NCBI RefSeq assembly: GCF_030144855.1
Contig: NC_082709.1
Location: 172,670,001 to 172,734,000 of the forward strand
Reading direction: 5' to 3'
DNA: 64,000 bases
Source: Hypanus sabinus
Lineage: Eukaryota
The notes beneath the pieces are model-generated. The model saw nothing but the letters and a program-made list of their open reading frames with translations, was not told the origin of the DNA and searched no databases. The first letter of the stretch is position 1. The number at the start of each line of letters is the position of its first letter. A program made the translations under genes and the position numbers. This document shows, one piece after another, positions 1 to 11,799 of the stretch.

Positions 1-519
1 ATATCTTTAAATGTGAAATACCCTTAGAGAGTAAGACCATATATTTTGGGTATATACCTCAAGAATGGTTGAAAAGAGATAAATTTTTAATGAATATACC
101 ACTGGTGGCTGGTAAAAAGACTCTTACTAGGAAATGGTTATCACAGGAGAGCCCAAGTTTAAATACATGGATGGAAATTACAATGGATATTTACAAAATG
201 GAGAAGATAACAGCATCTGTTAATCAAAAGTTGGAACAATTTGGTTCATACTGGGAAAAATAGTTTAACTACATAACACCTCATAGGCCTGATTTTATCC
301 TCACAAATCAATGAAAATGTTGTAAAAAGAGATCACTCCCTACTTGTACGTAGTTTTCTCCTTTCACTTGTTCTTTCTTTCCTCTCTTTTCTATAAGTGT
401 ATACCTCAGATAAATATTATGTGGAGATTTGTGACTATATGATATATATGTACAATATCTGAAATACATCTTACAGAAATGTTTGTTGATGATGAACAAT
501 GAAAAATAAATTACAAAAA
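1..519 (+). mobile_element. 3' end of an L1-group LINE (ORF2 C-terminus, 3' UTR, short A tail)
   Basis: Frame 69-263 reads LVAGKKTLTRKWLSQESP...WMEITMDIYKMEKIT...YWEK, typical of fish L1-group ORF2 C-termini; AATAAA plus A-run at about 505-519. Confidence 0.7.
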
Positions 520-1754
520 ATTTTTTTGTCTTCATTTTCATTCTTCTCTTCTCTCTCCAATATTGAAATAGTTACCTATAACATGTAGCATCAATACATT
601 TCAATTATCTGAATAGGAGGGGTATGGAGGGCTATGGTCCAGATGCAGGTTGATGGAACTAGGCAGAATAATAGATTGGTATGGAATAGATGGGCTGAAG
701 GGTCTGTTTCTGTGCTGTGGTGCCCTATAACTTTTTATTATTCTACTTATGTACCCATTCTTATAGCCTGATTATTATTGTGTTAAAATATTTTGCAATT
801 ATAAAGCCAATCCTAAAGACTAATGTATTCCTACCACCTGAAATGCATTCAACAAGAAGGGGTCAGGCACTTGTGAATGGCTGTTAGACTTGAAAGATGG
901 TTAATAAGCCTCCACACCACCCCTGGAAAATTAACCACTAGTAATAATAGACAATAAATGCATGTAACGTTCAGAAGAACAACAATTAGTGTCTATAGCA
1001 GCTTCTGTCTGCTTTTAATTGGGCAAATGACTTCAAGTTCAAATGTCCAGTAATTGCACAGGAAGACCAGTCTTCTTTAAATCAAAACATTTTTCTATTC
1101 ATAACTCCGATTAATGATCTGAACTTGCTGGTAAAGCACAACCGACAACACAGAAAATGCAATCGTTCTAATACATTATAAAATATTTAATGAGAAGCAT
1201 TAACTAAAAATGCCATTGAGATATAATTCCCTAATAAAGGATCTGAACTATAAAGGTTAACAATTTGTAATTTTCCATGTATTAACATTAGGTTGCGAGG
1301 TACAAATTTATAGCATTTGCAGTTACTACAAATTGTGTGTTCTTGTCTGTTTATTTTTGTTGAGTACTGTCCTGGGTAAATTGGATAGAGGATTTTTTCT
1401 CCACTGATATTGCTCTCCATCTATCACCCGTTCCTTTTTCACCTGAGGCTTTTATTTCCCTGCAGTGAAGTAGTTTGCCCCCGTTTGGCTTCTCTCGCAT
1501 AATCATCAGCGACACAATGAAAATCCCACGTGAAAGTTTCTGGGAGTGAACACTCTATGATGCAGCCTTTCTGAATTCAATTCTTTAAAAACTGTGATTG
1601 CTTCCCATGTTATTTCCTATAGTTGCGTTCGGTGTAATCAGAATCAGAAACAGGTTTCATATCACAGGCCAAGTTGTGAAATTTGTTAGCATAGTGGTAG
1701 CAGTACATAATAATAGAGAGAGAAAAAAGCTATGAATTGCAGTAAGTGTGTATC

Positions 1755-3334
1755 CAGTTACTATAAAAAGTATTCACCCCCTCCCCCAGAAGTTTTCCTG
1801 TTTTATTGTTTTGCAATATTGAATCACAGCGGATTTAATATGGCTTTTTTTGGCACTGATCTTTCGTGTCAAAGTGAAAACAGATCTCTACAAAGTGATC
1901 TAAATTAATTACAAATATAAAACACAAAATAATCGATTGCATAAGTATTCATTCCCTTCAAGTCAGTATTTAGTCGATGCACCTTTGTCAGCATTTAGCT
2001 TTGAGTCTGTGTGGATAGGTCTCTATCAGCTTTGCACATCTGGACACTGCAATTTTTCCCCATTCTTTTTTTTTTACAAAACTGCTCAAGCTCTGTCAGG
2101 TTGCATGGGGATTATGAGTGAAAAGCCTTTTTCAAGTCCAGCCACAAATTCTCTATTGGATTGAGGTCTGGACTCTGACTTGGCCACTCCAGGACATTAA
2201 CTTTGTTGTTTCCAAGTCATTCCTGTGTAGCTTTGGCTTTATGATTGGAAACCAGTGTCTTGCTGGAAAACAAATCTTTTCCCGAGTTGCAGTTCTCTTA
2301 CAGACTGCATTAGGTTTTCCTCCAAGATTTTGCTGTGTTTGTTTTACCCTCTATCTTCTCAAGCCTTCCAGGACCTGCTGCAGTGAAGCATCCCCACAGC
2401 TTGATGCAGCCACCACCATGCTTCATGGTAGGGATGATGTTGTTTTGATGATGTGCACTGTTTAGTCTGATTGATTAAATGCTCAAGTTTGGTTTTATCA
2501 GACCCTAGAACCTTCTTCCAGCTGACTTCAGAGTCTCCCACGTGCCTTCTGGCAAACTATAGCCAAGATTTCATGTGCCATTTTTTTCAACAGTGGCTTT
2601 CTCTTTGCCACTCTCCCATAAAGCTGTGACTGGTGAGGCACCCGGTCAACAGTTGTTGTATGTGCAGCCTCTCCCATCTCAGCCACTGAAGCTTGTAACT
2701 CCTCCAGAGTTGTCACAGGTCTCTTGGTGGCCTCCCTCACTCATCCTCTTCTTTCACGGTCACTCAGTTTTTGAGAACAGCCTGCTCAAGGCAGATTTAC
2801 AGCTGTGCCATATTCTTTCCTTTTCCTGATGATTGACTTAACTGTACTCCAAGGGATATTCAGTGACTTGGAAATTTTCTTGTATTCTTTTCCTGTCTTG
2901 AACTTTTCAATAACCTTTTCATGGAGTTGTTTGGAGTGTTCTTTTGTCTTCATGGTGTTTTTGCCAGGATACTGACTCACCAGCAGTTGGACCTTCCAGA
3001 CACAGGCATAATATTACTACAATCTTTACACAGGTGTAATTTTACTACACGTCTCCAAAAACAGATCTCCATTTAACCAAATTATGTGACTTCTAAATAA
3101 TGATTTGGTGTGTTATATTAAAGGGGGCAAATACTTATGCAATCAATTATTTTGTGTTGTATATTTGTAATTAATTTAGATCACTTTGTGGAGATGTGTT
3201 TCCCCTTTGACACAAAGGAGCCCTTTTCTATTGATCAGCATCAAAAAAGCCAAATTAAATCCACTGTGATTCAATGTTGTAAAACAGTAGAACATGAAAA
3301 CGTCCAAGGGGGTGAATACTTTTTATAGGCACTT
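1755..3334 (-). mobile_element. Full-length degenerate Tc1 DNA transposon (long IR/DR-type termini)
   Basis: Left end CAGTTACTATAAAAAGTATTCACCCCC mirrors right end GGGGGTGAATACTTTTTATAGGCACT; inverted similarity extends about 200 bp. Minus-strand transposase pieces MKTKEHSKQL..GKEYKKISKSLNIPWSTVKSII, REATKRPVTTLEELQ, RVAKRKPLLKK and WKKVLGSDKTKLE carry stops and frameshifts. Confidence 0.92.
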
Positions 3335-3515
3335 ACCGTCATTTGTAATTTTCTAATATAAAGCTCTTATATTACTGGCCAATTTTACAAATCTCTGCAT
3401 TTACTTTGATCCTGTGCAGTAGTTCCCCACCCCCATACCAGACGATGATGCACTTATAATGTTAGTGAGAATAAGTGTAAATGAACCATTCAACTTTAAA
3501 ATGGACCAGACTTAC

Positions 3516-3618
3516 CTTTTCTTAATTTCACTACCTCAGATTCTGTTTCATTGTCGTGCTTTATGAATTGTATAATTGATCCTTTGTCTTCATCGTCGAC
3601 GTCTCTCAGAACCTCCCT
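3516..3618 (-). CDS. LCA5L: Lebercilin-like protein, coding exon 6 (REVLRDVDDEDKGSIIQFIKHDNETESEVVKLRK)
   Basis: Acceptor CCCGTAACAG| at 3619, donor AAG|GTAAGT at 3515; 103 nt, phase 0 in and phase 1 out; open frame compatible with the preceding exon. Confidence 0.72.
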
Positions 3619-3700
3619 CTGTTACGGGAATACATCATCCAAACGTTAACAGAGCCACATTACATCTGATAATAATCAAAATGCAAATCAGAATGGTTAC

Positions 3701-3807
3701 CTCACTGTGGATGGTCTTCTTCTCTAAGTTTGGAAGGACATTGTGTGGAGAAAAGGAATTGATGGGAGAAATATGTTCTTCAGTCTGTATTGCTTTGGCC
3801 ATGTTTG
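3701..3807 (-). CDS. LCA5L: Lebercilin-like protein, coding exon 5 (ANMAKAIQTEEHISPINSFSPHNVLPNLEKKTIHSE)
   Basis: Acceptor TGTTTCACAG|, donor GAG|GTAACC; 107 nt, phase 1 in and phase 0 out; KAIQT resembles the KGVQT/KSVQA motif recalled for LCA5/LCA5L. Confidence 0.8.
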
Positions 3808-5822
3808 CTGTGAAACAACAGACAACAATTAACAAAGCTGTGGAATCTGCCAAAGGCAAGATCAAAGCAAAATTTGCAGATATTAGCTTTTATTCTATCG
3901 CAACACATTCAAACTTCAAACCAAGTCTTTTGCAATTTTGACGGAAGTGCAGCCAAACTCATTGGAAATCATACAGTGCCATATGTACCAGTATATATTG
4001 AACGCAGGAAAGACTAATATTGGCCCCTAAAAACTAGATCAAAAATTATTTCAAATGCAAGTAAGGACCAATTAAATAGCAGTAATATTCATGCATCCAT
4101 ACAGGGAGCCATACAGAGCTACCAGAGGAAAGGGTTAAACAAGTACAAGAACAACTTATAGAAGACACTAGGGCAGGTCCATGGAAAGGAAAGATATTGC
4201 AGGATATGGGCTAAGTGCAGACAAATGGGACTAGATTGAATTGGCATCTTGGTTAGCATGGGCCAGTTGGGCTGAAAGGCCTGTGACCACAGTGTAGGTC
4301 TCTATGACTCCACAACTGAGATATTTGACACAATATAATCTTAACTTTGTGCTCTGATGGTTCATTCTTGATAAATTGAAAAATGTAAAACTGTAACTGA
4401 GGAAAATCATCATCTATTAGGCAGAACATTTTTAAAGACACAGTAAAGGACTTATGGGATAATGGGATAAATAGGGGAATATAAAGGGATTCAGAAGCTA
4501 ACTCTATGCCATGTAGTGATGGATTTGGTGGGTCAGTAAATTATTTATTGAACAGAATGTATCAAATGGTTTTCCTTCTTCCTAAAATTTCCTCTACATT
4601 CAATTCACGAGTTCCATAAATTCAGGAGCAAAATCTAGTTCTTAGATTCAGTTACACTGCAAAGCAAAAGCTTTGGATGATGGAAATCTGATATAAAAAC
4701 AGAAAATACTGGAAATACTCAGCCGGTCAGGCAGCATATGTGGAGAGAGAAAAGGAGTTAGCGCGGCAGTTCAATGTCCACTCATGGTTTCAGGCGAACC
4801 ACTTTCTCTCATACAGCACCGCCACCATTTGCATCATTCTGACTCGCATGGTCTTCAATCCGAGACAGATATTCCCCTAATGTTCTTTCCATCTTTCCTT
4901 CTTTGCTGCAACTTAAAATATGCTTAGTTTCTAACTTTACTGATGAAAGTTCATTCAGTTCTCATGCATTTTTCTGATGTAACTTTGTCTGGTTGTTCCT
5001 GGGCACGTTCCTCCTCCTGACTGAATTAGGGTCAGTCCTCTCTCAATAGAAATGATCGGGAACGAATTATGCCTTGTATCCTTTACAAAGTTGGCATACT
5101 ATAGATATCCTCAGCATTTATAAATATTAAGATATTAAAAACAGATTATTCAATAAATGCTAACCATTTGCGGGCCTTTTGGTGGTGTAAAGGGTCAAGC
5201 TGCAACCATCTTCATTCATAGAATTAAAATAAAATCTATTTTATTTCATGATTCTGCGTTTGCGTGTCTTTGGTCTGTGGTGGTGCAATGGCACCCCCTG
5301 CTGTTCAACCGGTGAAGTACTGCAGCTGCACTACATACACAACCCACCCATGAACTCCATTTTAATGCATAAGAGGAAGATATCCGATTGTTTTCCCGCC
5401 CTTCCTGATAGCATCTCCATCTGTAAACTGAATGGTGTGTTGACTTCTATTTCTTCCCGTACCGCAGAGCTTCTGCTCCGACACCAGCGTTTTTCGCTGG
5501 ATTAACCTTTGACGCTCAGAGCAAGCCCCGGTTTTCCCGTTTTAGCATAGGCGTAAACTGGTGAAGGTACTGTCCGCTCAGTTGTCTCTGATGTCTATTA
5601 GATTCTACGAGTGGTCTAATGGAGCACTGCATCTTTCCACATTTTCCCAGCACCCTGACTGGAAATCTCTCCCACACTAAACCCGTGTAGTGTTCAAGAT
5701 TATCAGACCCCTTCAAATTTATGGGAGAAATCAACTTCTGAGAGAACAAGTACTGTAGAACTACTACTTTTAAATAATTGCTTAAATGAACATTAATATC
5801 CATGTGCTTGCCTGCATTTAAC

Positions 5823-5826
<4 letters not shown>

Positions 5827-5856
<30 letters not shown>
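5827..5856. repeat. (GT)n microsatellite
   Basis: About 15 GT units seen directly. Confidence 0.95.
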
Positions 5857-5860
<4 letters not shown>

Positions 5861-5920
5861 TATACAAATGGCTTTATGTTTACATCTGTGTATGTTTTAG
5901 TCTTATAACTTTAGTAAAAG

Positions 5921-6250
5921 AGTGCCGATGAAGGGTCTCGAACCGATGGGTCGACTATACAGTCTTTTCCCCAGATGCTGCCCGGCCTGCCGAGTTCCTT
6001 TAGCATTCTGTGTGCGTTGCTTGGATTTCCAGCATCTGTAGATTTTAAAAACACAAACACGAGGAAATCTGCAGATGCTGGAAATTCAAGCAACACACAC
6101 AAAATGCTGGTGGAACACAGCAGGCCAGGCAGCATCTGTAGGAAGAAGTACCCTTGGGTCTCGATCTGAAACGTCGACTGTGCTTCTTCCTCTAGATGCT
6201 GCTTGGCCTGCTGCATTCCACCAGCATTTTGTGTGTGTTATTTGCAGATT
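5921..6250. mobile_element. Three Penelope-like terminal-repeat units in alternating orientation
   Basis: The unit CACACAAAATGCTGG..CAGCAGGCCAGGCAGCATCT and its reverse complement occur in +/-/+ order; the same unit flanks the GIY-YIG ORF at 48300-48630. Confidence 0.8.
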
Positions 6251-6333
6251 TTCTTTTGTTCGTGATTTTAACTCATTTTATTTTGTAGATGTTGAATAGA
6301 TAGTTGCTGCTGAGGGTGGAGCCTTGTCTATTT

Positions 6334-6600
6334 AGAACATAGAAGAATACAGCACAGTACAGGCCCTTCAGCACATGACATCTGATCTTTTAACCTACTC
6401 TAAGATCAACCTAACCCTTTCCTCAACATAGCCTTCCATATTTCTGTGATCCATGTGTCTACCTAAGAGTCTCTTAAATGTCCCTAATGTATCTGCCTCT
6501 ACCACCATCTCCTACAGGGTGGTCCATGCACCCACCACTCTCAGTGTAAGACTTACCTCTGACATCACCCCTATCCGCTCTATCTATGTCGCTCTTGTGC
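6334..6600 (-). mobile_element. CR1-like LINE 3' fragment
   Basis: Reverse complement of the CR1 3' end seen at 13805-14035 and 32955-33290. Confidence 0.7.
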
Positions 6601-7834
6601 ACGTCCACCACGCCATTCTGTCAGTGCAGCTGATTGGTCACACTGAGATAGCCAATACCCTGAGCTGATGTAGGTGGCTGTAACTGCAAGAAGCAGCCTG
6701 ACCTAAAGGTCATCTCAGAGCAGCAGAGCATCTGCCCATAGCCAAGATTTCACAAATAGCACAGCATGTTGAATAAGGAAATGGGGTTAGACAATTAGCC
6801 TTACGTTTGTTATAATGCAAAGCACAACTATTTATTAACTATTTTACATTTTGTTGGTTAACTAGGAGTCAAAGGTGCAAGCAATCTGAACGAAACAGTA
6901 AACTCTCTAATCTTCTTCATATACTGCCAGAGTAGCACACATAAAATGTGGGAAGAATTCAGCAGGTCAGGCAGCATCTATGGAGGAGGAATAAACAGTT
7001 AATGTTCAGGCTGAGACCCCTCATCAGGACATACACTGCTCGATCTCCTTTGGTATTGCTCAAATGAAGAGTTGAAGTAACCCTTATTTAAGTAATATTA
7101 TAATATATACTTATTGATATCAAGAGTACGTGAAGAGACACAAAACAATTTCTTATATATTTTATATATCTACCAGAGAACCTCTACCATCTGACATGTG
7201 AGACCCACCAGACAAAGCTGAACAGCTCAGCCTGGCTTTCCCTCACTGAAGTGTGGACAAGGTGATATGCTCAGTTGCCATTCTAATACTAACACCACAC
7301 CGTTTTCCCCTCATTCATGGGACATGGACAGCACCAGCCAGCTTTTATGGTCCCAATTTGATTCTAATAAAGTGGCCACTGAGTGTAGATTTTTATCATG
7401 AATAAAAACCCGTTCTGAAATAAAGAAGTCAGTAATTCCTTTAGCTGAGTGTCTTACCAGGCCTTTGACAGGACAAATAACTGAGTCTGTGAAGTAACTA
7501 CATTGCTGCATTTGGACTGACACATTAGCCATCCCAGACAGAGACAGCAGATTTCCTTCTCTACAGTACATGGGCAAACAGGATATCAGCGGATTGAGGA
7601 GATTGCTCCTCCTTATCAACAAGAGCTGCTCCAACAATCTCTAATCTGCTCCTATCTGGAATGCAGAAATCTAATTATTGAGTCATAGAGTGCTACACAC
7701 AGAGAAACAGGCCCTTTGGCCCATCTAGTCAGTGCCAAATTATGACAACAGAGTCTTGCTAAAATGGGATTGACTTAAATCTTTCAACCTGCAGCCAAAA
7801 AAATTGGCTGTAGGCTTTTACATGGAATGTCTGG

Positions 7835-8050
7835 GGTAGGATGGTAACATAGCGGCTTGAGTAAAACTATTACAGCACCAGTGACCTGGGTTCTATAACG
7901 CCATGGTCTTTACCGAATTTGTATGTTTTACCTGTGACCACATGGGTTTCCTCTGGGTTGGTAGCTCAATTAGTCATATGGGTGTAATTGGATAGCATGG
8001 GCTAATTAGGCTGCAAGGGGCTGATGCATGGCTGGATCTCTAAATAAATT
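7835..8050 (+). mobile_element. Degenerate tRNA-derived V-SINE-like element
   Basis: tRNA-like head (GGTAACATAGCGG...CCTGGGTTC) followed by a TGGGTTTCCTCTGGGT core remnant. Confidence 0.55.
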
Positions 8051-8103
8051 TGTCTCTGAATAAATTTGTGGTTGCTCATCCAATTTTTAATTTTTAAGAC
8101 CCA

Positions 8104-8143
8104 CGTGTGTATGTGTGTGCGTGCGTGCGTGCGTGTGTGCGTG
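8104..8143. repeat. (GT)/(GCGT) compound microsatellite
   Basis: Alternating purine-pyrimidine tract seen directly. Confidence 0.9.
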
Positions 8144-8353
8144 GAAGGGGAGAGGGGTTAATACTGAGGCCATAATAGTGGGAATTTAACTCTTGGCCTT
8201 TTGATACAAAAGTAATGATACCATTAGCAACAAAGTCACAGTAACTCTGGTGCTGGAGTACTCCTTACAATGATTCTCAGTCAAATCAAAGTTTAGGTAA
8301 CAGGCTGTGATTGACTGCTACTGATCAATATAAATGCACCCAGGTTGATCTAC

Positions 8354-8435
8354 CTTTATGTCTTGGTGATGATGAGTTATTCTTCGTGATCCGATTAGCA
8401 TAGATATTCCGAGCTTCCAAGAGCCTTTCTTTCTC
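8354..8435 (-). CDS. LCA5L: Lebercilin-like protein, coding exon 4 (EKERLLEARNIYANRITKNNSSSPRHK)
   Basis: Acceptor TCAAATCTTTTAG|, donor AAG|GTAGAT; matches the lebercilin EKERELDIKNIYSNR motif; 82 nt, phase 0 in and phase 1 out. The donor is weak, so the 3' boundary is less certain. Confidence 0.88.
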
Positions 8436-8844
8436 CTAAAAGATTTGAAAATTACTATCAGACTTAAGCTCAGTATAATCATACGTATGCACTGTCATCT
8501 AGAAAGATGTTCTGTACACTTCAGAGTAAGCTATTTAAAAAAAAGGAGCCAAAGTCTTCCAATAGCAAAACATTCTTGTTCCTGTTTCCTGCAGAAAGGT
8601 TCTGAGTTTAGTTGGAGACAGTAAATTCAGATGTCACAGCTATGTAGGGTTAGTATGCCTTAAGGAAGAAAGGTATTACAAGAGCAAACCAAATAATCTG
8701 CTATGGATTATCTTAGTGAATGATTAATATTCAATGTAGATCAAAAGAGCAAGCTGTTCACCATGCTGGTATGGCATAAGAAGGGACTGAGGAAGGGAGG
8801 GATTGTAAAAACCAGTATTTGAATGAAAAATCATAAACTCAAGA

Positions 8845-9065
8845 GAGCCTGCGGATGCTGGAAATCCAGAACAACGCTCACAAAATGCTCGGGAAATCCA
8901 GCAGGCCAGGCAGCATCTATGGAGAGGAACGAACAGTTGACATTTCGGGCCGAGACCCTTCATTAGGATAGACAAAGGGTCTTGGCCCGAGACAACAAAA
9001 TGAAGGGTTTCAGCCTGCAAATGTCCACAAATGCTGCTTGGCTGTCTGGGCTTCTCCAGCATTTA
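8845..9065. mobile_element. Inverted pair of Penelope-like terminal-repeat units
   Basis: A minus-orientation unit with a decayed hammerhead core (CTAATGA...GAAATGTC), followed by plus-orientation remnants. Confidence 0.75.
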
Positions 9066-9654
9066 GTCTGACATTTGAAAAATGCTGTTCCATTGATTTG
9101 CCTTAGAAACCATAAACTATCTTGATTGACATTCGCTTTCAGATTTGCCCCAGATGCTAAGTTTCACCAGTGTCAGAGGTCACGTTGAACAAATTTTCAA
9201 GAATAGTAATGCCACATCCAGGCAGTTTGCAGGATCCCGTTCCTGAGAACTCCTGGTAACCTGAAAAAATTGCAGTCAAAATTGCCAAGTACAATGTAAA
9301 GGAGAGAAAACAACTGTGACAAGTTCTTATTTGCAAAGTAATTAAAGCTGGCAGCAAGACTATCTGCCAGTCTCTTGCACCAATGACAGTAGAAACATTT
9401 TCTCCACACCAATATCCTACAACTGGAGGTAAAGTGAGGCAAAACTCGTCATGTGAACAATACGCTGTGGATCTCTCTCTGAGGTAAATAAATGTGCTCG
9501 AGGTTATTTTTCACCTCCCGACCCAACTTGACGCAACGTGAACACAAGGAAATTTATTTCCTTGGGATAAAATTTCGCAGATAGAAAGACAGAACTGAGA
9601 ACTTGGAAATTCTTTATATAGAGATTGTGATCTCTGCTTGTGAAATGTTGTGCA

Positions 9655-10050
9655 CATTCCAGGACTGAAAGAGCATTTGATGGTTCTGGGTCTCTGCTCA
9701 CTGGAATTCAGAAGAATGAGGGGTGACCTCATTGAAACCTATCAAATGGTGAAGGGCCTCTATGGCGTGGTGCTTCCTCTGGTGTTGGAGTCTGGGACTA
9801 AAGCATACAGCCTCAGTATAGAGATGAAGAGGAATTTCTTTAGGCAGAGAGTGGTGAATCTGCGGAATTCGTTGCCACAGCCAGCTGTGGAGGCCAAGTC
9901 AGAAGCTATATTTAAGGCAGAGGTTGATTTTTTCTTGATTGATCAGGGCTTGAAGTGATATGGGGAGAAGGCAGGAGAACGGGGATGAGAGGAAAACTGG
10001 ATCAGCCATGATGGGCCAAATGGCCTAATTCTGCTCCGATATCCAATGGT
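9655..10050 (+). mobile_element. CR1-like LINE 3' fragment
   Basis: LEFRRMRGDLIETY...MKRNFFRQRVVNLRNSLP C-terminal ORF2 motifs plus 3' UTR. Confidence 0.85.
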
Positions 10051-11799
10051 TTTGTGATGTAAACATAAGTCAAGAAGATCCTGGATTCCATCCTTAGACT
10101 ATCTTGAGTTAGCTCAGCTGAGAGAAAGAGAATTTAACATAGACGGCACAGTAGCGGAACAGTTAGCACAATGCATCTCGGGGCAACTCGGAGTCCAATT
10201 CCAGCACCGTTCTGTAATCAGCACATTTCCCTGCCTCATCAACACTGGACTCAGTCTCTCTGCAGATCAGTACTCCTCCTCTCAGTAAGTATCAAGGACA
10301 GCACCCTGTCTCTACTCATTAAAAAGCAAGAAATATGCAAGGATGGAATTAAATGTAAAATTATGCCTACTTTTTTCAACGCTCTTTCATACATCGACTG
10401 TGGAAGTTTTGTTTTGGTCACAGAAATAAATGTGTTATTATTGTCAACTTATTTTTCATTTTCAATCTCAGTTTTATTTCAGCTTTACACTTTGTATGAC
10501 TACACTTTTGAAAGCGATTAACAAGAAAGCAATAATTTCAACAAATGCAGCTTTCTCAATTCAGTCAATTAGAATGATATTTCAACCCCTTTCTGTAATA
10601 TTTCTTAGTCGCCTAACTCCTTAACCAAGTGAAACAGCATTTTTTATTAAGAGTTCACTGAAGTAAATTTCTTCTTTGATCCAAACTAGTGAAATTTGCA
10701 GTATTCTCAACTCAGAGTGTCAGGCTGCTCATTTCTGATATCTATGCTGGAATTAACATAAATAAAGCCTTCTGAGAAGAGGTGGAACAGTCTTATCCTA
10801 ATATTATCACTCTTGTGACTTTAAGCTTCAGTTGCACACTAATGCTTACACCTATGCTGAAGTTTAAGGTGCTTAAACAGTCTGCTTTTTTGAAATTATA
10901 TGAGACGTGTCCACAGCCCTTAATCTTTGTATCTATGCACCAGTATTGAAAATAGACATGACCCTTGCCCCTGTCTTAACCTCCTTCCTTCAGCTCCAAA
11001 ATGCTTTCCCATGCAGAACAGGGGATAAACTTGCCTATTCCTGCTCACTTTTGCAAAGAGAAATACTTGCACTCTTATCTGAAAAGGACCAATCACTGAT
11101 ACGCTGGTAAAACCTCTTTAGTGTTAGGATTGTTAGCCGGGTTAAAACCACTTTCGCCTTCACCCCGTGGTAGCATTGTGGTTGTTACTGGACAACTAGC
11201 TTCTGATCAAACTACAGGATCAAATCCCAGCAAGGCAGCTGAGGGACTAAAATCAAGCAATCAGCTAATTCTGAAATTTAAAAAAAAAATTGGTCTCAGT
11301 AATGGTGGCATAAAACTTCTGGATTGTTACATCATATTCAGAGGATAAAATCTGCTTCCTTATCCGTCCTGGCTACATGTGATTTCAGATAAATGCTGTT
11401 GTCTCCCAAATGCACTCTGATAAAGCCATTCGAGCCCAGTCAGACTGGGGAAGTCTAATACATTTTGGACTTGCCAGCCATGTCCACAGAACACTTTACT
11501 TTAAGCTGATATTATCCATCATAGGAACAGCAGAACTAACTCCTGGGTTAGGGAGTCCCTCAGCTGGTCAACAATGTAGCATACTGAGGTAAATCCAATA
11601 ACTGCCTCTCAAGTTAAATTGGAAACTCCTGGAATGGTGGAAATGCGTATAACTAGCACAGTAGCATTTTACTGGGGTTCTGCAGAATTATGCTGGGTGA
11701 CTACAGAAACCCAGGAGAACCTCTGAAGTTATGTGGGACAATGTAACTTGCAGATTTAACTGATTTAACATGGCATCCATAACTACACGCACACCAACA

